A DNA stretch of 64,000 bases from Gordius albopunctatus (lineage: Eukaryota), in assembly GCA_964276515.1 (NCBI GenBank), contig OZ193909.1, forward strand, positions 10,292,001-10,356,000, written 5' to 3'. Position 1 is the first letter of the stretch, and the number at the start of each line of letters is the position of its first letter. The notes beneath the pieces were generated by a model. It was not told the origin of the DNA. It searched no databases and saw nothing but the letters and a program-made list of their open reading frames with translations. Made by a program: the position numbers and the translations under genes. Below, in pieces: positions 53,501-64,000 of this stretch.

Positions 53501-56500
53501 GTGATAAATTTTTACTTCTTATCATGAAAATCACGTCTGAAAATAACAACTTTCATCGGATGAATATGGTTTAATGGAAATAATTTTAAATATTTTGAGT
53601 TGAAAAATATATTTTTAGTTATTTTGTGTAAAAGAGCTTGAAAAAATATATAAAATTATGCTAATTTGAGATTCCTATTAATCTCGATCGACTCCTTATA
53701 AGAAGTTTTAAGCTGCGAGAACTATCATTTTGAGGAAAGACAACGTTATATTGTTGCGATTAGTTTGTTTCATCGCGACGAGAGTGCTGAATTTTTGAAA
53801 CATGTTATATGCGATGATTATTTCAAAGTAATAGTTATCTAATTGTGATAAATTTTTACTTCTTATCATGGAATACACGTCTGAAAATAATAACTTTCAT
53901 CGGATGAATATGGTTTAATGGAAATAATTTTAAATATTTTGAGTTGAAAAATATATTTTTAGTTATTTTGTGTAAAAGAGCTTGAAAAAATATATAAAAG
54001 TATGCTAATTTGAGATTCCTATTAATCTAGATCGACTCCTTATAAGAAGTCTTAAGCTGCGAGAACTATCATTTTGAGGAAAGACAACGTTATATTGTTG
54101 CGATTAGTTTGTTTCATCGCGACGAGAGTGCTGAATTTTTGAAACATGCTATATGCGATGATTATTTCAAAGTAATAGTTATCTAATTGTGATAAATTTT
54201 TACTTCTTATCATGAAAATCACGTCTGAAAATAACAACTTTCATCGGATGAATATGGTTTAATGGAAATAATTTTAAATATTTTGAGCTGAAAAATATAT
54301 TTTTTGTTATTTTGTGTAAAAGAGCTTGAAAAAATATATAAAAGTAAGCTAATTTTAGATTCCTATTGATCTCGATCGACTCCTTATAAGAAGTTTTAAG
54401 CTGCGAGAACTATCATTTTGAGGAAAGACAACGTTATATTGTTGCGATTAGTTTGTTTCATCGCGACGAGAGTGCTGAATTTTTGAAACATGCTATATGC
54501 GATGATTATTTCAAAGTAATAGTTATCTAATTGTGATAAATTTTTACTTCTTATCATGAAAATCACGTCTGAAAATAACAACTTTCATCGGATGAATATG
54601 GTTTAATGGAAATAATTTTAAATATTTTGAGCTGAAAAATATATTTTTTGTTATTTTGTGTAAAAGAGCTTGAAAAAATATATAAAAGTAAGCTAATTTT
54701 AGATTCCTATTGATCTCGATCGACTCCTTATAAGAAGTTTTAAGCTGCGAGAACTATCATTTTGAGGAAAGACAACGTTATATTGTTGCGATTAGTTTGT
54801 TTCATCGCGACGAGACTGCTGAATTTTTGAAACATGCTATATGCGATGATTATTTCAAAGTAATAGTTATCTAATTGTGATAAATTTTTACTTCTTATCA
54901 TGAAAATCACGTCTGAAAATTACAACTTTCATCGGATGAATATGGTTTAATGGAAATAATTTTAAATATTTTGAGCTGAAAAATATATTTTTTGTTATTT
55001 TATGTAAAAGAGCTTGAAAAAATATATAAAAGTAAGCTAATTTGAGATTCCTATTAATCTCGATCGACTCCTTATAAGAAGTTTTAAGCTGCGAGAACTA
55101 TCATTTTGAGGAAAGACAACGTTATATTGTTGCGATTAGTTTGTTTCATCGCGACGAGAGTGCTGAATTTTTGAAACATGCTATATGCGATGATTATTTC
55201 AAAGTAATAGTTATCTAATTGTGATAAATTTTTACTTCTTATCATGAAAATCACGTCTGAAAATAACAACTTTCATCGGATGAATATGGTTTAATGGAAA
55301 TAATTTTAAATATTTTGAGCTGAAAAATATATTTTTTGTTATTTTGTGTAAAAGAGCTTGAAAAAATATATAAAAGTATGCTAATTTGAGATTCCTATTA
55401 ATCTCGATCGACTCCTTATAAGAAGTTTTAATCTGCGAAAACTATCATTTTGAGGAAAGACAACGTTATATTGTTGCGATTAATTTGTTTCATCGCGACG
55501 AGAGTGCTGAATTTTTGAAACATGCTATATGCGATGATTATTTCAAAGTAATAGTTATCTAATTGTGATAAATTTTTACTTCTTATCATGAAAATCACGT
55601 CTGAAAATAACAACTTTCATCGGATGAATATGGTTTAATGGAAATAATTTTAAATATTTTGAGTTGAAAAATATATTTTTAGTTATTTTGTGTAAAAGAG
55701 CTTGAAAAAATATATAAAAGTATGCTAATTTGAGATTCCTATTAATCTCGATCGACTCCTTATAAGAAGTTTTAAGCTGCGAGAACTATCATTTTGAGGA
55801 AAGACAACGTTATATTGTTGCGATTAGTTTGTTTCATCGCGACGAGAGTGCTGAATTTTTGAAACATGTTATATGCGATGATTATTTCAAAGTAATAGTT
55901 ATCTAATTGTGATAAATTTTTACTTCTTATCATGGAATACACGTCTGAAAATAATAACTTTCATCGGATGAATATGGTTTAATGGAAATAATTTTAAATA
56001 TTTTGAGTTGAAAAATATATTTTTAGTTATTTTGTGTAAAAGAGCTTGAAAAAATATATAAAAGTATGCTAATTTGAGATTCCTATTAATCTAGATCGAC
56101 TCCTTATAAGAAGTCTTAAGCTGCGAGAACTATCATTTTGAGGAAAGACAACGTTATATTGTTGCGATTAGTTTGTTTCATCGCGACGAGAGTGCTGAAT
56201 TTTTGAAACATGCTATATGCGATGATTATTTCAAAGTAATAGTTATCTAATTGTGATAAATTTTTACTTCTTATCATGAAAATCACGTCTGAAAATAACA
56301 ACTTTCATCGGATGAATATGGTTTAATGGAAATAATTTTAAATATTTTGAGCTGAAAAATATATTTTTTGTTATTTTGTGTAAAAGAGCTTGAAAAAATA
56401 TATAAAAGTATGCTAATTTGAGATTCCTATTAATCTCGATCGACTCCTTATAAGAAGTTTTAATCTGCGAAAACTATCATTTTGAGGAAAGACAACGTTA

Positions 56501-58021
56501 TATTGTTGCGATTAATTTGTTTCATCGCGACGAGAGTGCTGAATTTTTGAAACATGCTATATGCGATGATTATTTCAAAGTAATAGTTATCTAATTGTGA
56601 TAAATTTTTACTTCTTATCATGAAAATCACGTCTGAAAATAACAACTTTCATCGGATGAATATGGTTTAATGGAAATAATTTTAAATATTTTGAGTTGAA
56701 AAATATATTTTTAGTTATTTTGTGTAAAAGAGCTTGAAAAAATATATAAAAGTATGCTAATTTGAGATTCCTATTAATCTCGATCGACTCCTTATAAGAA
56801 GTTTTAAGCTGCGAGAACTATCATTTTGAGGAAAGACAACGTTATATTGTTGCGATTAGTTTGTTTCATCGCGACGAGAGTGCTGAATTTTTGAAACATG
56901 CTATATGCGATGATTATTTCAAAGTAATAGTTATCTAATTGTGATAAATTTTTACTTCTTATCATGAAAATCACGTCTGAAAATAACAACTTTCATCGGA
57001 TGAATATGGTTTAATGGAAATAATTTTAAATATTTTGAGCTGAAAAATATATTTTTTGTTATTTTGTGTAAAAGAGCTTGAAAAAATATATAAAAGTATG
57101 CTAATTTGAGATTCATATTAATCTCGATCGACTCCTTATAAGAAGTTTTAAGCTGCGAGAACTATCATTTTGAGGAAAGACAACGTTATATTGTTGCGAT
57201 TAGTTTGTTTCATCGCGACGAGACTGCTGAATTTTTGAAACATGCTATATGCGATGATTATTTCAAAGTAATAGTTATCTAATTGTGATAAATTTTAACT
57301 TCTTATCATGAAAATCACGTCTGAAAATAACAACTTTCATCGGATGAATATGGTTTAATGGAAATAATTTTAAATATTTTGAGCTGAAAAATATATTTTT
57401 TGTTATTTTGTGTAAAAGAGCTTGAAAAAATATGTAAAAGTAATCTAATTTGAGATTCATATTAATCTCGATCGACTCCTTATAAGAAGTTTTAATCTGC
57501 GAAAACTATTATTTTTAGGAAAGACAACGTTGTATTGTTGCGATTAGTTTGTTTCATCGCGACGAGAGTGCTGAATTTTTGAAACATGCTATATGCGATG
57601 ATTATTTCAAAGTAATAGTTATCTAATTGTGATAAATTTTTACTTCTTATCATGAAAATCACGTCTGAAAATAACAACTTTCATCGGATGAATATGGTTT
57701 AATGGAAATAATTTTAAATATTTTGAGCTGAAAAATATATTTTTTGTTATTTTGTGTAAAAGAGCTTGAAAAAATATGTAAAAGTAATCTAATTTGAGAT
57801 TCATATTAATCTCGATCGATTCCTTATAAGAAGTTTTAATCTGCGAAAACTATTATTTTTAGGAAAGACAACGTTGTATTGTTGCGATTAGTTTGTTTCA
57901 TCGCGACGAGAGTGCTGAATTTTTGAAGCATGCTATATGCCATGATGATTTCAAAGTAATAGTTATCTAATTGTGATAAATTTTTACTTCTTATGATGGA
58001 ATACACGTCTGAAAATAACAA
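41510..58021. repeat. Domain D: homogenised run of 48 consecutive exactly 344-bp monomers
   Basis: ORF-track anchors from 41509 to 58021 differ by 16512 = 48 x 344, and every listed step is a multiple of 344. The 345-bp gctaaaaaacgat allele is absent. Confidence 0.9.
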
Positions 58022-61000
58022 CTTTCTTCGGATGAATATGGTTTAATGGAAATAATTTTAAATATTTTGAGCTAAAAAACGATATTTTTTGTTATTTTAT
58101 GTAAAAGAGCTTGAAAAAATATGTAAAAGTAAGCTAATTTGAGATTCATATTAATCTCGATCGACTCCTTATAAGAAGTTTTAAGCTGCGAGAACTATCA
58201 TTTTGAGGAAAGACAACGTTATATTGTTGCGATTAGTTTGTTTCATCGCGACGAGAGTGCTGAATTTTTGAAACATGCTATATGCGATGATTATTTCAAA
58301 GTAATAGTTATCTAATTGTGATAAATTTTTACTTCTTATGATGGAATACACGTCTGAAAATAACAACTTTCTTTGGATGAATATGGTTTAATGGAAATAA
58401 TTTTAAATATTTTGAGCTAAAAAACGATATTTTTTGTTATTTTATGTAAAAGAGCTTGAAAAAATATATAAAAGTAAGCTAATTTGAGATTCCTATTAAT
58501 CTCGATCGACTCCTTATAAGAAGTTTTAAGCTGCGAGAACTATCATTTTGAGGAAAGACAACGTTATATTGTTGCGATTAGTTTGTTTCATCGCGACGAG
58601 AGTGCTGAATTTTTGAAGCATGCTATATGCCATGATGATTTCAAAGTAATAGTTATCTAATTGTGATAAATTTTTACTTCTTATCATGAAAATCACGTCT
58701 GAAAATAACAACTTTCATCGGATGAATATGGTTTAATGGAAATAATTTTAAATATTTTGAGCAGAAAAATATATTTTTTGTTATTTTGTGTAAAAGAGCT
58801 TGAAAAAATATATAAAAGTATGCTAATTTGAGATTCATATTAATCTCGATCGACTCCTTATAAGAAGTTTTAAGCTGCGAGAACTATCATTTTGAGGAAA
58901 GACAACGTTATATTGTTGCGATTAGTTTGTTTCATCGCGACGAGACTGCTGAATTTTTGAAACATGCTATATGCGATGATTATTTCAAAGTAATAGTTAT
59001 CTAATTGTGATAAATTTTTACTTCTTATCATGAAAATCACGTCTGAAAATAACAACTTTCATCGGATGAATATGGTTTAATGGAAATAATTTTAAATATT
59101 TTGAGCTGAAAAATATATTTTTTGTTATTTTGTGTAAAAGAGCTTGAAAAAATATGTAAAAGTAATCTAATTTGAGATTCATATTAATCTCGATCGACTC
59201 CTTATAAGAAGTTTTAATCTGCGAAAACTATTATTTTTAGGAAAGACAACGTTGTATTGTTGCGATTAGTTTGTTTCATCGCGACGAGAGTGCTGAATTT
59301 TTGAAACATGCTATATGCGATGATTATTTCAAAGTAATAGTTATCTAATTGTGATAAATTTTTACTTCTTATCATGAAAATCACGTCTGAAAATAACAAC
59401 TTTCATCGGATGAATATGGTTTAATGGAAATAATTTTAAATATTTTGAGCTGAAAAATATATTTTTTGTTATTTTGTGTAAAAGAGCTTGAAAAAATATG
59501 TAAAAGTAATCTAATTTGAGATTCATATTAATCTCGATCGACTCCTTATAAGAAGTTTTAATCTGCGAAAACTATTATTTTTAGGAAAGACAACGTTGTA
59601 TTGTTGCGATTAGTTTGTTTCATCGCGACGAGAGTGCAGAATTTTTGAAGCATGCTATATGCCATGATGATTTCAAAGTAATAGTTATCTAATTGTGATA
59701 AATTTTTACTTCTTATCATGAAAATCACGTCTGAAAATAACAACTTTCATCGGATGAATATGGTTTAATGGAAATAATTTTAAATATTTTGAGCTTAAAA
59801 ATATATTTTTTGTTATTTTGTGTAAAAGAGCTTGAAAAAATATATAAAAGTATGCTAATTTGAGATTCATATTAATCTCGATCGACTCCTTATAAGAAGT
59901 TTTAAGCTGCGAGAACTATCATTTTGAGGAAAGACAACGTTATATTGTTGCGATTAGTTTGTTTCATCGCGACGAGACTGCTGAATTTTTGAAACATGCT
60001 ATATGCGATGATTATTTCAAAGTAATAGTTATCTAATTGTGATAAATTTTTACTTCTTATCATGAAAATCACGTCTGAAAATAACAACTTTCATCGGATG
60101 AATATGGTTTAATGGAAATAATTTTAAATATTTTGAGCTGAAAAATATATTTTTTGTTATTTTGTGTAAAAGAGCTTGAAAAAATATATAAAAGTATGCT
60201 AATTTGAGATTCATATTAATCTCGATCGACTCCTTATAAGAAGTTTTAAGCTGCGAGAACTATCATTTTGAGGAAAGACAACGTTATATTGTTGCGATTA
60301 GTTTGTTTCATCGCGACGAGACTGCTGAATTTTTGAAACATGCTATATGCGATGATTATTTCAAAGTAATAGTTATCTAATTGTGATAAATTTTTACTTC
60401 TTATCATGAAAATCACGTCTGAAAATAACAACTTTCATCGGATGAATATGGTTTAATGGAAATAATTTTAAATATTTTGAGCTGAAAAATATATTTTTTG
60501 TTATTTTGTGTAAAAGAGCTTGAAAAAATATGTAAAAGTAATCTAATTTGAGATTCATATTAATCACGATCGACTCCTTATAAGAAGTTTTAATCTGCGA
60601 AAACTATTATTTTTAGGAAAGACAACGTTGTATTGTTGCGATTAGTTTGTTTCATCGCGACGAGAGTGCTGAATTTTGTAAGCATGCTATATGCCATGAT
60701 GATTTCAAAGTAATAGTTATCTAATTGTGATAAATTTTTACTTCTTATGATGGAATACACGTCTCAAAATAACAACTTTCTTCGGATGAATATGGTTTAA
60801 TGGAAATAATTTTAAATATTTTGAGCTAAAAAACGATATTTTTTGTTATTTTATGTAAAAGAGCTTGAAAAAATATGTAAAAGTAAGCTAATTTGAGATT
60901 CATATTAATCTCGATCGACTCCTTATAAGAAGTTTTAATCTGCGAAAACTATTATTTTGAGGAAAGACAACGTTATATTGTTGCGATTAGTTTGTTTCAT

Positions 61001-64000
61001 CGCGACGAGAGTGCTGAATTTTTGAAACATGCTATATGCGATGATTATTTCAAAGTAATAGTTATCTAATTGTGATAAATTTTTACTTCTTATCATGGAA
61101 TACACGTCTGAAAATAACAACTTTCATCGGATCAATATGTGTTAATGGAAATAATTTTTAATATTTTGAGCTGAAAAATCTATTTTTTGTTATTTTATGT
61201 AAAAGAGCTTGAAAAAATATATAAAAGTAAGCTAATTTGAGATTCCTATTAATCTCGATCGACTCCTTATAAGAAGTTTTAATCTGCGAAAACTATTATT
61301 TTGAGGAAAGACAACGTTATATTGTTGCGATTTGTTTGTTTCATCGCGACGAGAGTGCTGAATTTTTGAAACATGCTATATGCGGTGATTATTTCAAAGT
61401 AATAGTTATCTAATTGTGATAAATTTTTACTTCTTATCATGAAAATCGCGTCTGAAAATAACAACTTTCATCGGATGAATATGGTTTAATGGAAATAATT
61501 TTTAATATTTTGAGCTGAAAAATCTATTTTTTGTTATTTTATGTAAAAGAGCTTGAAAAAATATATAAAAGTAAGCTAATTTGAGATTCCTATTAATCTC
61601 GATCGACTCCTTATAAGAAGTTTTAAGCTGCGAGAACTATCATTTTGAGGAAAGACAACGTTATATTGTTGCGATTAGTTTGTTTCATCGCGACGAGAGT
61701 GCTGAATTTTTGAAACATGCTATATGCGATGATTATTTCAAAGTAATAGTTATCTAATTGTGATAAATTTTTACTTCTTATCATGGAATACACGTCTGAA
61801 AATAACAACTTTCATCGGATGAATTTGGTTTAATGGAAATAATTTTAAATATTTTGAGCTAAAAAACGATATTTTTTGTTATTTTATGTAAAAGAGCTTG
61901 AAAAAATATGTAAAAGTAAGCTAATTTGAGATTCATATTAATCTCGATCGACTCCTTATAAGAAGTTTTAATCTGCGAAAACTATTATTTTGAGGAAAGA
62001 CAACGTTATATTGTAGCGATTTGTTTGTTTCATCGCGACGAGAGTGCTGAATTTTTGAAACATGCTATATGCGGTGATTATTTCAAAGTAATAGTTATCT
62101 AATTGTGATAAATTTTTACTTCTTATCATGAAAATCGCGTCTGAAAATAACAACTTTCATCGGATGAATATGGTTTAATGGAAATAATTTTTAATATTTT
62201 GAGCTGAAAAATCTATTTTTTGTTATTTTATGTAAAAGAGCTTGAAAAAATATATAAAAGTAAGCTAATTTGAGATTCCTATTAATCTCGATCGACTCCT
62301 TATAAGAAGTTTTAAGCTGCGAGAACTATCATTTTGAGGAAAGACAACGTTATATTGTTGCGATTAGTTTGTTTCATCGCGACGAGAGTGCTGAATTTTT
62401 GAAACATGCTATATGCGATGATTATTTCAAAGTAATAGTTATCTAATTGTGATAAATTTTTACTTCTTATGATGGAATACACGTCTGAAAATAACAACTT
62501 TCTTTGGATGAATATGGTTTAATGGAAATAATTTTAAATATTTTGAGCTAAAAAACGATATTTTTTGTTATTTTATGTAAAAGAGCTTGAAAAAATATAT
62601 AAAAGTAAGCTAATTTGAGATTCCTATTAATCTCGATCGACTCCTTATAAGAAGTTTTAATCTGCGAAAACTATTATTTTTAGGAAAGACAACGTTGTAT
62701 TGTTGCGATTAGTTTGTTTCATCGCGACGAGAGTGCTGGATTTTTGAAGCATGCTATATGCGATGATTATTTCAAAGTAATAGTTATCTAATTGTGATAA
62801 ATTTTTACTTCTTATCATGAAAATCACGTCTGAAAATAACAACTTTCATCGGATGAATATGGTTTAATGGAAATAATTTTAAATATTTTGAGTTGAAAAA
62901 TATATTTTTAGTTATTTTGTGTAAAAGAGCTTGAAAAAATATATAAAAGTAAGCTAATTTGAGATTCCTATTAATCTCGATCGACTCCTTATAAGAAGTT
63001 TTAAGCTGCGAGAACTATCATTTTGAGGAAAGACAACGTTATATTGTTGCGATTAGTTTGTTTCATCGCGACGAGAGTGCTGAATTTTTGAAACATGCTA
63101 TATGCGATGATTATTTCAAAGTAATAGTTATCTAATTGTGATAAATTTTTACTTCTTATGATGGAATACACGTCTGAAAATAACAACTTTCTTCGGATGA
63201 ATATGGTTTAATGGAAATAATTTTAAATATTTTGAGCTAAAAAACGATATTTTTTGTTATTTTATGTAAAAGAGCTTGAAAAAATATGTAAAAGTAAGCT
63301 AATTTGAGATTCATATTAATCTCGATCGACTCCTTATAAGAAGTTTTAATCTGCGAAAACTATTATTTTGAGGAAAGACAACGTTATATTGTTGCGATTA
63401 GTTTGTTTCATCGCGACGAGAGTGCTGAATTTTTGAAACATGCTATATGCGATGATTATTTTAAAGTAATAGTTATCTAATTGTGATAAATTTTTACTTC
63501 TTATCATGAAAATCGCGTCTGAAAATAACAACTTTCATCGGATGAATATGGTTTAATGGAAATAATTTTAAATATTTTGAGCTGAAAAATATATTTTTTG
63601 TTATTTTGTGTAAAAGAGCTTGAAAAAATATATAAAAGTATGCTAATTTGAGATTCCTATTAATCTCGATCGACTCCTTATAAGAAGTTTTAATCTGCGA
63701 AAACTATTATTTTGAGGAAAGACAACGTTATATTGTTGCGATTAGTTTGTTTCATCGCGACGAGAGTGCTGAATTTTTGAAGCATGCTATATGCCATGAT
63801 GATTTCAAAGTAATAGTTATCTAATTGTGATAAATTTTTACTTCTTATGATGGAATACACGTCTGAAAATAACAACTTTCTTCGGATGAATATGGTTTAA
63901 TGGAAATAATTTTAAATATTTTGAGCTAAAAAACGATATTTTTTGTTATTTTATGTAAAAGAGCTTGAAAAAATATGTAAAAGTAAGCTAATTTGAGATT
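57100..64000. repeat. Domain E: more heterogeneous monomers sharing diagnostic variants with domain A
   Basis: Reappearance of aagcatgctatatgccatgatg, tttttaggaaagacaacgttgta, ggatcaatatgtgtt and gatttgtttg/atcgcgtc, plus local variants (agtaatctaa, tgcggtgatt, aaatctattt). Confidence 0.85.

Larger units (their letters stand above)
1..64000. repeat. Tandem satellite DNA array, ~344-345 bp AT-rich monomer, ~186-187 copies, single orientation, runs off both window ends
   Basis: The same unit (ctaattgtgataaatttttacttcttat...gatcgactccttataagaag...caaagtaatagttat) recurs continuously. ORF-track coordinates step by 344/345 bp. No non-satellite interruption was seen. First monomer is about 27% GC by hand count. 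Confidence 0.99.

Noticed and set aside
57275..57460. Unique ATG-initiated 61-aa ORF (MNLKLDYF...)
   Set aside because: It is an alternative frame of the same monomer opened by a couple of point variants, with no coding evidence.
179..63875. Tandem multigene family of ~150 small minus-strand proteins (MLFSDVIFMIRSKNLSQLDNYY...)
   Set aside because: The ORF mostly begins at TTG and resembles no protein family I recognise. It is lost through stops, start loss and frameshifts in many copies (7- and 14-bp deletions, 1-bp insertion), and its variants are largely amino-acid changing. It is best explained as one chance ORF copied with the monomer. Ribo-seq or proteomics would be needed to overturn this.
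1..64000. CRISPR array or integron-like cassette array
   Set aside because: There are no unique spacers or cassettes. The entire 344-bp unit is repeated at high identity, and no cas or integrase genes are present.

Overview
The whole 64 kb window is one uninterrupted head-to-tail satellite DNA array of about 186-187 monomers, all in the same orientation. The monomer is 344-345 bp and AT-rich (hand count of 1-345: 92 G+C, about 27% GC). I see no genes, RNA genes, transposons, CRISPR spacers or unique sequence. The recurring 61-77 aa minus-strand ORF is a by-product of the monomer: it mostly starts at TTG and is repeatedly broken. The sequence looks like eukaryotic (peri)centromeric heterochromatin, possibly from an insect, but I cannot name the family or species. 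The informative structure lies in the monomer variants, which split the array into domains. (A) 1-16.7 kb has a variant cassette recurring at 9/10/11-mer spacing. (B) 16.7-24.8 kb is a divergent subfamily of 338/331/345-bp monomers carrying 7- and 14-bp deletions at one hairpin. (C) 24.8-41.5 kb includes a large duplication with a truncated second copy of B. (D) 41.5-58 kb is a homogenised run of 48 consecutive 344-bp monomers with nested duplications. (E) 57-64 kb regains domain-A variants, giving a layered architecture. The monomer is rich in short dyad symmetries, is CpG-enriched, and may be an old dimer of ~170-bp subunits. I found no evidence for a novel protein-coding system.
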